A stretch of DNA of 64,000 nucleotides from an uncultured Thermoanaerobaculia bacterium (GTDB taxonomy: Bacteria > Acidobacteriota > Thermoanaerobaculia > Multivoradales > JAGPDF01). Position numbers and translations under genes: made by a program. The notes beneath the pieces are model-generated. The model had not been told where the DNA came from, did not search any database, and saw nothing but the letters and a program-made list of their open reading frames with translations. Below are positions 10,238 through 20,000 of this stretch, piece by piece. The stretch's first letter is position 1. Every line of letters starts with the position of its first letter. The DNA lies in NCBI GenBank assembly GCA_964590905.1, contig CAZPYU010000008.1, positions 13,935 to 77,934 on the forward strand. The letters run 5' to 3'.

Positions 10238-10936
10238 CTACTCGGCGCTCGAGCCGCTCACCAGGGCGATCCGACCCGCCAAGACCCCGACCACCTCCTC
10301 GATGGTGAGCGCGGTGGTGTCGACGACGACGGCGTCGGGAGCGGCAACGAGGGGCGAGAGGGGGCGCTCCTCGTCTCGGGCGTCGCGGGCGCGCAGCTCG
10401 CTCTCGACCGTGGCGGCCTCGAGGTCGCTCCGCCCCGCGGCGCGGAGGTCGGCGAGACGGCGCTCGGCGCGAACCCCGGAGTCGGCACGGAGGAAGAACT
10501 TGAAGCGGGTCTCGGGCACGACGCGGGTGCCGATGTCCCGGCCTTCGATTACGCCGCCGTGTCGCACGGCGAGCTCGCGCTGAAGCCGAACCATCTTCTC
10601 GCGTACGGCGGAGTGCACGGCGAGCCGCGACGTCGCCGCGGAGACCTCGGGCGTGCGAATCCGCGACTCGACCGGCTCTCCCGCGAGCAAGACCTCAGCT
10701 CCGCCGTCCGCTCCGATCCGTAACTCGATTTTGACGTCGGCGAGGAGAGCCGAGACATCCCCCGAGTTGTCGGGATCGACCTCCCGCTCGAGCGCCAGGA
10801 GCGCGAGGGCGCGATACATGGCTCCGGTATCGAGAAAGGGGAGGCCGAGGCGCTGGGCGAGAACCCTCGCTACCGTGCTCTTCCCCGAGCCGGCGGGACC
10901 GTCGATGGCGACGACGATCGGCGGCTTACTCAACGG
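10238..10936 (-). CDS. cmk: cytidylate kinase
   Basis: P-loop IDGPAGSGKSTVAR; probable TTG start at 10936 overlapping the rluB stop; the long N-extension on the ORF track is rejected. Confidence 0.8.
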   Translation of the reverse strand, partial: PLSKPPIVVAIDGPAGSGKSTVARVLAQRLGLPFLDTGAMYRALALLALEREVDPDNSGDVSALLADVKIELRIGADGGAEVLLAGEPVESRIRTPEVSAATSRLAVHSAVREKMVRLQRELAVRHGGVIEGRDIGTRVVPETRFKFFLRADSGVRAERRLADLRAAGRSDLEAATVESELRARDARDEERPLSPLVAAPDAVVVDTTALTIEEVVGVLAGRIALVSGSSAE

Positions 10937-11724
10937 CTGCGGCGACGAGTCCCGGCCGAGGTGACGGCGGCACGCGGCTTCTCCTTCGCGGTCGCCCGGC
11001 GTAGCGCCTCGAGCTCGGATTCGGTCAGCTCGCGCAGCGCACCAAGGGGAAGCCGGGAATCGGAGAGCGGTCCGATGGCGATCCGGCGCAGCTTCTGTAC
11101 CGGGTGGCCGATACGGAAGAACATCTCGCGGATCTGTCGCGTTCGTCCTTCCGCCAACTCGACGCGAAACCAGGCGTTGCCCCCCTCCTCCCCACGCACT
11201 GGAGTCGTGCGGACGGCGTCGATCCGACACGGAGAGGTCCGCCGCCCGTCGATCAGCACGCCGCCGCGCAGGCGGTCGATCAGCTCGCGCTCGGGTGAGC
11301 CCTTGACCTTGACCTCGTAGGTCTTGTGGCAGCCGTAGCGCGGATGCGAGAGACGCTGGGCGAGATCGCCGTCGTCCGTCAGGAGCAGTAGCCCTTCGGT
11401 CTGAAAATCGAGACGGCCGACGGGGACGAGCGCGGTGCGCAAGGCGGGAGGAACGAGGTCAACTACGGTCGGTCGGCCGGCGGAGTCGGAGACCGCCGTC
11501 AGGACGCCCTTCGGCTTGTTGAGCAGGAGATAGCGATGCTCGCGCACGGCCTGGACCCGCTTGCCGTCCACCTTCACGAAATCGACCGCCAGGTCGGCCT
11601 TCTCCCCTATCGTCGCTACGCGGCCGTTGACAGTCACTCGGCCTTCGCGGATCAGATCTTCGACCTTGCGCCGGGCGGCGATGCCGGCGCGAGCCAGGAG
11701 CTTATGGATGCGCTCCGCGCTCAC
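10930..11724 (-). CDS. rluB: 23S rRNA pseudouridine synthase (RluB-like)
   Basis: S4 domain at N-terminus (IHKLLARAGIAARRKVEDLIREGRVTVNG) followed by the RsuA/RluB catalytic domain. Confidence 0.85.
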   Translation of the reverse strand: MSAERIHKLLARAGIAARRKVEDLIREGRVTVNGRVATIGEKADLAVDFVKVDGKRVQAVREHRYLLLNKPKGVLTAVSDSAGRPTVVDLVPPALRTALVPVGRLDFQTEGLLLLTDDGDLAQRLSHPRYGCHKTYEVKVKGSPERELIDRLRGGVLIDGRRTSPCRIDAVRTTPVRGEEGGNAWFRVELAEGRTRQIREMFFRIGHPVQKLRRIAIGPLSDSRLPLGALRELTESELEALRRATAKEKPRAAVTSAGTRRRSR

Positions 11725-12272
11725 CGATCGACCTCGCCAGCGAGCATCTCTTCGAACTCCTCGAGTGGCGGCAGGTCGGCGAGGCTGCGCAAGCCGAAGT
11801 GCATCAAGAACTCGCGCGTCGTGACGTAGAGGAACGGTCGGCCGACGACCTCCTTGCGGCCCTGGATCCGGATCATTCGATGCTCGAGCAGCGTCTTGAG
11901 CGCGGTGACGGAGCTCTTGCTGCGCAGCTCGTGGATCTCCGGCGCGGTGGTCGGTTGACGGTAGGCAACGATCGCCAACGTCTCGAGCGCCGCCATCGAG
12001 AGTCGCTGACTTCCGGAGGCGTCGAAGAAGCGGCGGAGATAGGGATGGCAGGCGGGCGCCGTCACGATCCGCAGCCCACCCGCCACCTCCTCGAGCACGA
12101 CTCCACGATACTCGTCGGCGCAGTAGCGCTCGCGCAGTCGTGCGAGCGATTCCCGCGCCGCCTCTTGCTCGTCCTCCTCGAAAGCGGCGAGCAGGCGGTC
12201 CACCGAAACTGGCTCGGCGGTAGCGAACAGGATCGCCTCGAGCGCCGCTTCGAGATCGGCGCGCGAGCTCAT
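11721..12272 (-). CDS. scpB: segregation and condensation protein B
   Basis: 183 aa from internal ATG; ScpB winged-helix motifs (EAILFATAEPVSVDRL, LEHRMIRIQGRKEVVGRPFLY); directly downstream of scpA. Confidence 0.85.
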   Translation of the reverse strand: MSSRADLEAALEAILFATAEPVSVDRLLAAFEEDEQEAARESLARLRERYCADEYRGVVLEEVAGGLRIVTAPACHPYLRRFFDASGSQRLSMAALETLAIVAYRQPTTAPEIHELRSKSSVTALKTLLEHRMIRIQGRKEVVGRPFLYVTTREFLMHFGLRSLADLPPLEEFEEMLAGEVDR

Positions 12273-13070
12273 CCGCTCACCGCCTGCAGATCTTGGGGAT
12301 CGATCTCGCGCGTGGTCCGGTAGACCACGATCGCTCCGTTGGCGCTCTGATGAACCCGGATGAGCGAAAGTCGGGTCAGCTCGAGCACCGCCAAGAAGGC
12401 GGCGATCGCTTCGGCTCGGCACGAACGGCGGCGCAGATCCTCAACCAGGTCGTAGGGACGGGCCGGATCGAGCGCCGCGAGGAGTCGCTCGAGCTGTGCT
12501 CGCACCGGAAAGCTCTCGGTCGGGAGCTGGAGAGGCTCGGGATGCTCGCGGTCGAACCGTTCGAGGACCTGCCGGAACGAAGTGAGGAGGTCGAAGAGCG
12601 AGACCTCCTGGAACAGCAGCCCCGGCTCCGCTTCGAGCTCGCTCTGCCAGCTGTCCGGGGGGCGAGTCCAGATTCCCTGCCGAACGCGATCGATCTCGGC
12701 GAGCGTCTGAGCGGCCTCCTTGAGCTGACGGTACTCGAGCAGGCGTTGAACCAGCTCGGCGCGCGGGTCCTCCTCGATCAACGAGCCATCTTCGCGCTTC
12801 GGCCGGGGTAGCAGTAGCTTCGACTTGAGCTGAATCAAGAGCGCCGCTTCGTAGATGTAGTCGGCCGCGATGTCGAGATCGAGAACTTCCATGAGCTGTA
12901 GGTAGTCGTGGAACTGGTCGCAGATCTTGGCCACCGGGATGTCGGTGATCTCGACTTCGTCGATCCGAATCAGGTGGAGGAGTAGGTCGAGTGGACCCTC
13001 GAAGACCGGCAGCTGAATGCGCCACGACTCCGGAAGCGTGCGGCCGACCGGCAGGGTCGCGCTCACGACA
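12269..13070 (-). CDS. scpA: segregation and condensation protein A
   Basis: ScpA kleisin motifs (VFEGPLDLLLHLIRIDEVEITDIP); GTG start near 13070 overlapping the trpS stop. Confidence 0.8.
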
Positions 13071-14085
13071 ACCCCCCCTCGCCCAAGACACCATAGTCGA
13101 GCCCAACGGCTTCGCGCACCATCGCCATCGTCTCTCGGGCGCGCTCGCGGGCGCGGCGCGTGCCGTCGCGGACGATCTCGAGGAGCGCACCGCGGTCGGC
13201 GAGCAGCTCGCTCCGCCGGCGTCGGATCGGCTCGAGAAAGGCGATGATCTCTTCGGCAAGCAGCTTCTTGTCGTCGACGCAGCCGATCGTCGCGGCACGG
13301 CAGTCGCGATCGACCCGCTCCACGACGTCGGGGGGCGAGAGCAGGCGATGAAAGGCGAACAGATTGCAGCTCTCGGGGTGCCCGGGGTCGCTCCTGCGGA
13401 TTCGCGTCGGGTCGGTGAACATCGACTGGCACTTGGCGCGCACGACTTCCGGAGGATCCGCGAGGTGGATGGCGTTGCCGTACGACTTCGACATCTTGCG
13501 CCCATCCAGCCCCGGCACTCTCGGCGTCGGCGCGAGGAGCGCCTGCGGTTCGGGAAAGACGGGTCGATAGAGCGAGTTGAATCGGCGCGCGATCTCGCGG
13601 CTGACCTCGAGGTGGCTGGTCTGGTCTTCACCCACCGGGACGCAGTGGGCTCGGTAGAGCACGATATCCGCGGTCTGCAGCACCGGGTAGCCCAGAAAAC
13701 CGTAGGTATTGAGGTCGCGATTCTGGATCTCGCGCTGCTGCTCCTTATAGGTCGGAACGCGCTCGAGCCAGCCTAGCGGCGTGATCATCGAGAGCAGCAG
13801 ATGCAGCTCGGCGTGCTCGGCAACTAGCGACTGCACGAAGATCGTCGAACGCTGGGGGTCGACCCCAGCGGCGATCCAGTCGGCTATGGCCTCCATCGTG
13901 CTCTCCGCGACCCGCGACGGATCGGCGTAGTCGGTAGTCAGCGCGTGCCAGTCCGCCGCGAAGAAGTAGCAGTCGTGGCTCTCCTGGAGCGCGACCCAGT
14001 TGCGCAGGGCGCCGAAGTAGTGGCCGAGATGGAGACTGCCGGTCGAACGCATCCCCGAGAGCACGACTTTCTTTGCGATGACCAA
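13063..14085 (-). CDS. trpS: tryptophan--tRNA ligase
   Basis: HIGH-like GSLHLGH and KMSKS motifs, 340 aa. Confidence 0.9.
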   Translation of the reverse strand: MVIAKKVVLSGMRSTGSLHLGHYFGALRNWVALQESHDCYFFAADWHALTTDYADPSRVAESTMEAIADWIAAGVDPQRSTIFVQSLVAEHAELHLLLSMITPLGWLERVPTYKEQQREIQNRDLNTYGFLGYPVLQTADIVLYRAHCVPVGEDQTSHLEVSREIARRFNSLYRPVFPEPQALLAPTPRVPGLDGRKMSKSYGNAIHLADPPEVVRAKCQSMFTDPTRIRRSDPGHPESCNLFAFHRLLSPPDVVERVDRDCRAATIGCVDDKKLLAEEIIAFLEPIRRRRSELLADRGALLEIVRDGTRRARERARETMAMVREAVGLDYGVLGEGGLS

Positions 14086-14139
14086 GAGTTCTCCTGGGAG
14101 CTGCCGTGTCTCGGTCGGCGAGGGCGGGACGCTTTGAGG

Positions 14140-14153
14140 CTAGAAAATTCTAG
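14140..14153. promoter_or_regulatory. 14-bp perfect AT-rich palindrome CTAGAAAATTCTAG in the trpS upstream region
   Basis: Seen directly in sequence, about 55 nt upstream of the trpS start codon on the minus strand; AT-rich island in a roughly 70% GC context. Confidence 0.3.
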
Positions 14154-14180
14154 CACGCGCTCCCGGAGCGGAGCCCCCGC

Positions 14181-14633
14181 TCAGCGATCGAGAGCGGCAA
14201 TCTCTCGTCCATGGCGGGTCAGGGCTCTCGCCTCGACGATCAGCGCCGCGGCGAGCACCAGGCAAGAGGCCAACCCGGCCAAGGCATGCGGCAGCGCCTG
14301 CAGGCGTGCCGGATAGAGAGCATTCGAGAGCGTGAACTGTAGAAGCGCCGCGAGGAGAGCGACGGACGCCGCCCCGACCGCGAGACGACGTGTCGCAGCG
14401 AGCTCGACGCTCGCTCGGCCGCTAGCGCTCTTTACCCAGCGCTCCGAAGCGATCGCGAAGAGCGCGACCCAGCCGTGCACGAGCACTAGCGCGAGGAGGG
14501 CGCCGAACGAGAGCATCATGTGGAAGCCGAGGCTCTCCTGGCTATCGACCTGGAAGCCGATTCCTGCCGCCCCGACCCAAGACGCGGTCGCGACGAGACC
14601 GATCGCGAGCACGATTCGGGACCATCGGTTCAT
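14181..14633 (-). CDS. hypothetical 4-TM membrane protein
   Basis: 150 aa from MNRWSRIVLAIGLVATASW; four hydrophobic helices; start overlaps the stop of the upstream glycosyltransferase. Confidence 0.45.
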   Translation of the reverse strand: MNRWSRIVLAIGLVATASWVGAAGIGFQVDSQESLGFHMMLSFGALLALVLVHGWVALFAIASERWVKSASGRASVELAATRRLAVGAASVALLAALLQFTLSNALYPARLQALPHALAGLASCLVLAAALIVEARALTRHGREIAALDR

Positions 14634-15787
14634 CGCTCTCTCTCCCGCACCAACGGCGCCACCAGCGCCTCCCAGATCGCCGCCGCGTGACGGGGACGGT
14701 AGCACGCCGCGACGCGCTCCCGGGCTCTCTCCCCACGGCGAAGTGCCTCGCTCGAATCGGACAAGAGCTCCGCCAGCGCGCTCGCCAGCGCGGGGGGATC
14801 CTCGGCCGGTACGAGCCAGCCCGTCTCGCCGTCGACCACCACTTCGGGGATGCCACTGACAGCGCTGGCGACGATCGGCACGCCGCACTCCATGGCCTCG
14901 AGCACGACCAGCGGCATCCCCTCGTAGATCGACGGCACGACCAGAGCCGAGGCGCGCGCCAGGAGGTCGCGAACCTCCCCCGCCGAGGCGCGACCGAGGA
15001 AGCGGACGCGATCTTCTCCGAAGCCCAGCGCCGCGGCGCGGCTGCAGAGTGCCTCGCGGTGTTCGCCCTCGCCCACTACGAAAAGCGGAACGTCGCAGCC
15101 TCGAGTCGACATCTCGGCCCGGGCGGCCAGCAGCACGTCCACTCCTTTTCGGATCCGCAGGCGACCGACGAAAAGTAGAAAGCCGTGCGCACCCTCCGTC
15201 CCCGGCAAGGTCGTCGCGGCGTGTTGCAATCCGCCGGTCGCGTTCGGAACGACGCCGACGTCGCGCACGCCGTAGTCGCGACGGATCTCGTTGGCGGTTG
15301 CGGCGCTCGGCGCCACGACGAGGTCGGCGCTCCGCGCACTCCAGCGGCCGAGCGCGATCTGAAGCGGTGCCTTGAGCCAGCGGAACCGCCGCTCGATGGC
15401 GCCCGGCTCGCCGAGGATGCGACCCGCGAAGGTGAGCGCGCGCACCGCCCGCCGCTCCTCCACGTAGCTGACCTGCTGGAGCGCGACGAGCGTCCAGCCG
15501 CGCAGGCGCCGGCGCCTGCCCAGCCAGAGCGCCGCGAGGCCGCAGTCGGACTCGTGCACCTGCACGACGTCGGGCCGCAGATCGCGGAGGGCGCGGCGCA
15601 AGGCCGGAACGATGGCGAGCGGGAAGAGGGACTTCGGCCCCCGGGCGCCCTGCGGCCCACGCCCTAGAATCGTCACCTCGTGGCCGGCCTCGCGCAGTCC
15701 CGCCGCTAGCTGCACGACCTGCTCCCCGACTCCGGAGAGATCGTCAGGCGGCAAAGTGTTGGCGACCAGTAGGACGCGCAACGGCAT
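14630..15787 (-). CDS. glycosyltransferase family 4 (GT-B fold)
   Basis: 385 aa from MPLRVLLVANT; C-terminal EGMPLVVLEAMECGVPIVAS motif characteristic of GT4 enzymes; start overlaps the recG stop. Confidence 0.8.
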   Translation of the reverse strand: MPLRVLLVANTLPPDDLSGVGEQVVQLAAGLREAGHEVTILGRGPQGARGPKSLFPLAIVPALRRALRDLRPDVVQVHESDCGLAALWLGRRRRLRGWTLVALQQVSYVEERRAVRALTFAGRILGEPGAIERRFRWLKAPLQIALGRWSARSADLVVAPSAATANEIRRDYGVRDVGVVPNATGGLQHAATTLPGTEGAHGFLLFVGRLRIRKGVDVLLAARAEMSTRGCDVPLFVVGEGEHREALCSRAAALGFGEDRVRFLGRASAGEVRDLLARASALVVPSIYEGMPLVVLEAMECGVPIVASAVSGIPEVVVDGETGWLVPAEDPPALASALAELLSDSSEALRRGERARERVAACYRPRHAAAIWEALVAPLVRERER

Positions 15788-17880
15788 CACCCGCCGGCCA
15801 GCGCACGGTAGCGCTCGGGAACCCGTGCCCGCGCCCGCGCCACGAGCGGCGCGAACGCCGGCTCGTCGCCGCGCGCCGCGATCTCCCGGGCGTCGGCGCG
15901 CGCCCGCTCGATCCAGTCGCGATGGCGAACCAGGTCCGCGAGTCGGAAGCTGGGCAGGCCGGCCTGCCGCTTGCCGAGGAGATCGCCCGGTCCACGTAGC
16001 TCGAGATCGGCCTCCGCGATCGCGAAGCCGTCGGTCGTGGTGGCGAAGATCTCGAGTCGGCGTCGCGCCGCCGCGGAGAGCCGCCCGTGAATCGCTACGC
16101 AGCACGACGGCCGCTCTCCCCTCCCCACCCTGCCGCGCAGCTGGTGCAGTTGCGCCAAACCGAATCGCTCGGCGCTCTCGATCACCATCCAGCTCGCGCT
16201 CGCCACGTCGATTCCGACCTCGACGACGGTCGTGGTAACCAGGACGCGCAGCTCTCCCTGCGCGAAGCGGCGCGCGATCCGTTCGCGTTCGTCGACCGCC
16301 AGGCGCCCGTGCAAGACAGCGCTCGGAAAATCGCGCAGCGCGGCGCGGACTCGGCCGCCGAGCTGAGCGAGCGACGCCGCGGTAATCTCCTCGCTCTCTT
16401 CGATGAGCGGGAAGACGACGAACGCCTGCGCGCCGGTCGTCAGCTCCGCGCGCAGCCGGCGATAGACCTCGCCACGCGCCGCGGCAGGCAGCACCTCGGT
16501 CGTCACCGGCCGGCGCCCGGGCGGCAGCTCGTCGATCACCGAGAGGTCGAGATCGCCGTAGACGGTGAGTGCCAGCGAGCGCGGAATCGGCGTGGCGGTC
16601 ATTACAAGCACGTCCGGTTTCGCACCTTTTTCCTGCAGCAGCCGCCGCTGCTCGACTCCGAAGCGGTGCTGCTCGTCGACGACCGCCAGAGCGAGCCGCG
16701 CGAAGCAGATGCGCTCTTGGATCAGCGCCTGGGTACCTACGGCGAGCGCGATCTCTCCGCTCTCGAGCCGGCGCCGCGTCGCGGCGTCGATCGTCGACGA
16801 GGTCACCAGGGCCAGGTGGTGCCGCTTGCCGAGCAGGCGGCCGAGCCGTTCGAACTGCTGCTGCGCCAGGAGCTCGGTCGGGGCCATGAAAACTCCTTGC
16901 AGGCCGCTCTCGGCGGCGAGCAGGAGGGCGATCGCGGCGACGATCGTCTTGCCGCTGCCGACATCGCCCTGCAGGAGACGCAGCATCGGCTGAGGGCTGA
17001 CGAGATCGCCGGCGATCTCGCGCAGGACACGCTTCTGGGCCGCGGTGAGCGCGAACGGCAGCATCTTGCGCGCTACGGCGCGAACGCGATCGTCGATCCG
17101 ATACGCGTGCGGCTTCGGTTGACCTACCTCGCTCCGCCGCAGCTCGGCGAGCTCGAGAAAGAGCTCGAGGAGCTCGCGGTAGGCCAGGCCGCAGTGAGAG
17201 AGCGTGTCGCGCCGCTCCAGCGCCGCGAGGTCGGCATCGGAAGGCGGCGCGTGGAGCATGCGCAGGGTCGAGGCGAGCGGCGAGAAGCCGTAGCGACGGC
17301 AGAGCTCGGTCGGCAGCAGATCCGGGGGTGGATCGTCGTCGAGGACAGCGGCGGCGCCCGCCATGAGGCGAGCGACGCCGGCCGGCCCGAATCCGGCCAG
17401 CCGAGGGTAGATCGGGACAACGGCGCCCGCGGAGTGGCCAGCTAGCGCCGAGATCGACGGATTGACCATCTCGAACGACGCGACGCTCGCGGCCACGACG
17501 TTGCCGTGCAGCAATACTTCGTCGCCGGCGGCGAAGCGTTGCAACAGGTACGGTTGGTTGAACCAGCGGATCGGAAGTGCGCCGCCGGCACTCTCGACCC
17601 GAGCGCGCACGATCACGAAGCCGCGCCGCCGGGTGCGGATCAGGCGCAGCTCCTCGATTCGGCCGGCGACGGTCCAGACCCCGGGCGACGTGACCTCCTC
17701 TGGAGGTACGACGTGGCGACGATCCTCGTAACGGAGCGGTAGGTGGAAGAGCAGGTCCTCGACAGAAAAGAGGCCGCTGGCAGCGAGCTGCTCTGCTCGC
17801 CGCGGACCTACTCCGGGAAGGTACCTGAGGGGGCTCGCGCGTCCGAGCGCCGGGCGCTCTGCCCCGGGCTGCTCGGTCAC
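15787..17880 (-). CDS. recG: ATP-dependent DNA helicase RecG
   Basis: 697 aa; wedge domain, Walker A GDVGSGKT, DEQH box, helicase C-terminal motifs. Confidence 0.9.
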   Translation of the reverse strand: MTEQPGAERPALGRASPLRYLPGVGPRRAEQLAASGLFSVEDLLFHLPLRYEDRRHVVPPEEVTSPGVWTVAGRIEELRLIRTRRRGFVIVRARVESAGGALPIRWFNQPYLLQRFAAGDEVLLHGNVVAASVASFEMVNPSISALAGHSAGAVVPIYPRLAGFGPAGVARLMAGAAAVLDDDPPPDLLPTELCRRYGFSPLASTLRMLHAPPSDADLAALERRDTLSHCGLAYRELLELFLELAELRRSEVGQPKPHAYRIDDRVRAVARKMLPFALTAAQKRVLREIAGDLVSPQPMLRLLQGDVGSGKTIVAAIALLLAAESGLQGVFMAPTELLAQQQFERLGRLLGKRHHLALVTSSTIDAATRRRLESGEIALAVGTQALIQERICFARLALAVVDEQHRFGVEQRRLLQEKGAKPDVLVMTATPIPRSLALTVYGDLDLSVIDELPPGRRPVTTEVLPAAARGEVYRRLRAELTTGAQAFVVFPLIEESEEITAASLAQLGGRVRAALRDFPSAVLHGRLAVDERERIARRFAQGELRVLVTTTVVEVGIDVASASWMVIESAERFGLAQLHQLRGRVGRGERPSCCVAIHGRLSAAARRRLEIFATTTDGFAIAEADLELRGPGDLLGKRQAGLPSFRLADLVRHRDWIERARADAREIAARGDEPAFAPLVARARARVPERYRALAGG

Positions 17881-18662
17881 CCGCTCCGGAAGACGAGCGG
17901 CACGAGCCCGCAGCGGACGTCGTCGCCGGGCTTCATCTCGCTCGGCACGCCCGTCTCGAGCTTGACGCCGTTCAAGAACGTGCCGTTTATCGTCCCGATC
18001 TCCTCGGCGAGATAGAGCTTTCCGGCGCGGCGATAGATCTTGGAGTGCCGCCGGCTGATCGAGCGCTGCGTGTCGACCGGCGTCAAGTCGATCTCCGGGT
18101 TGATGCCAGTAACTGGATCCTTGCGACCGATGGTGGTGTCGGGTCCCGGCGCGATGAAGAACTCCATCCCCGATTTCACGTGCACAAGGCGCTCGGTGGA
18201 GGTCTCGACCTTGCGCTCCGGCGGCGATGGCGGCATCTCTACCGCCGGCTGTTGCGCCTTGCTGCCAGACGCCTCGCGCAAGAGCCGGTCGGTCTCGCGC
18301 AGCCGTCGCGACAGCTTGCGCATCATGCGCACCGCGATCTCCGGGTTGCTGCGCAACATCGAATCGAAGGTCGAGCCGTTGATGATCAACAGCTTGGCGG
18401 CGGAGAGGGCGCGCACCGAAGCGGTGCGTGGCAGGTCCTCGAGGATCGCCATCTCGCCAAAGAAGTCGCCCTTCTCGAGCACCGCGAGCTGCCGCGATTC
18501 GCCAGCGATCTCCTTCAGGATCTCGACCCGACCCTCGTGAACGATGTACATCTCCGTTCCGAGGTCGCCCTCCTGGAAGATCGTCTCGCCGACCTCGACC
18601 TCGACGGTCAGACTCGGCTGCGCTGCCTTCTTGGCGGTGGTCTTGAAGACCGGCTTATTCAT
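17877..18662 (-). CDS. cyclic-nucleotide-binding domain + FHA domain protein
   Basis: N-terminal CAP-type cNMP-binding fold (FGEMAILEDLPRTASVRA) and C-terminal FHA (TIGR...SRRHSKIYRRAGKLYLAEEIGTINGTFLNG); overlaps the recG start by 4 nt. Confidence 0.75.
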   Translation of the reverse strand: MNKPVFKTTAKKAAQPSLTVEVEVGETIFQEGDLGTEMYIVHEGRVEILKEIAGESRQLAVLEKGDFFGEMAILEDLPRTASVRALSAAKLLIINGSTFDSMLRSNPEIAVRMMRKLSRRLRETDRLLREASGSKAQQPAVEMPPSPPERKVETSTERLVHVKSGMEFFIAPGPDTTIGRKDPVTGINPEIDLTPVDTQRSISRRHSKIYRRAGKLYLAEEIGTINGTFLNGVKLETGVPSEMKPGDDVRCGLVPLVFRSG

Positions 18663-19587
18663 GCTGAGCTCGACTCAACCCCACGGTCAACGTAGCGTTG
18701 CGCGCATCTATTCGCGCCCCGAGCCCGAGCGGCACGGTCCGATTCGGAGCCGTGTGGCCGAACGGCAGGCCGGAGAGAACCGGTCGCCCGGGAACGGCTC
18801 GCGCCGCCCTTTCGACGACCGGAAGCGCCTCGCTCGCATCTCCTTCGGCTCCGCGCAGCTCACCCAGCACGACTCCGCGAACGGCGGCCAGACTACCCGA
18901 CAGGGATAGGTGGGTCAACATTCGGTCGATCCGATACGACGGCTCGCCAACATCCTCGAGCAGCAAGATGGCGCCCTCGAGAACCGGAAACCACGGAGTG
19001 CCGACGAGCGACGAGAGGAGCGAGAGGCAGCCGCCCAAGAGCGGTCCCTCGCACAGCGGAGCGTCGGCCGCACCGCGCCCCTCACCCAGGGCCGGCACGA
19101 TCTGGGGCAGGTCGCCGGCCAGTGCGGTGAGGAGGGAGATCCGCTCCTCGGGTAGGAGACCGCGGGCCAGCTCCACCGCGACCATCGGACCGTGGAAGGA
19201 GGCCACGCCGAGCCGACGGGGGATCTCGTTCAAGAGCGGAGTCAGGTCGGAGTAGCCAACGTAGGCGCGCGGCCGCTCCGCGAGGAGCCGCCAGTCGAGG
19301 CGAGGGAGCAGCGACAGGAGGCCATGGCCACCGCGTGCGAAGAAGATGGCGGCCAGCGATCGATCGGCCACCAGCTCGTGAAAGGCCTCCAGGCGCTCCA
19401 ACTCGGAACCCGCGAACAGATCGTGCCGCGACCTTAGGTTGCGAGCCGGGACCGCCTCGAAACCGAGCGCCGAAAGCTCTGCCATCCCGCGCTCGAGCCG
19501 CACCGGGTCGACAGGTCCGGAGAGCGCGGCGACACCCACCCGATCGCCGCGGCGAACAGGAGGTGGAAGTCGGATGTCGATCACCAA
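18655..19587 (-). CDS. ldcA: LD-carboxypeptidase (peptidase S66)
   Basis: 310 aa; S66 family layout with GYSDLT serine motif region and C-terminal His/Glu region. Confidence 0.75.
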   Translation of the reverse strand: MVIDIRLPPPVRRGDRVGVAALSGPVDPVRLERGMAELSALGFEAVPARNLRSRHDLFAGSELERLEAFHELVADRSLAAIFFARGGHGLLSLLPRLDWRLLAERPRAYVGYSDLTPLLNEIPRRLGVASFHGPMVAVELARGLLPEERISLLTALAGDLPQIVPALGEGRGAADAPLCEGPLLGGCLSLLSSLVGTPWFPVLEGAILLLEDVGEPSYRIDRMLTHLSLSGSLAAVRGVVLGELRGAEGDASEALPVVERAARAVPGRPVLSGLPFGHTAPNRTVPLGLGARIDARNATLTVGLSRAQHE

Positions 19588-19595
19588 AGTCGGAG

Positions 19596-19977
<382 letters not shown>

Positions 19978-20000
19978 GGGAGGCATGTTAGCAAAAGTCG

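Noticed and set aside
16087-17445. 452-aa plus-strand ORF antisense to recG
   Set aside because: Antisense artefact inside a strongly supported recG.
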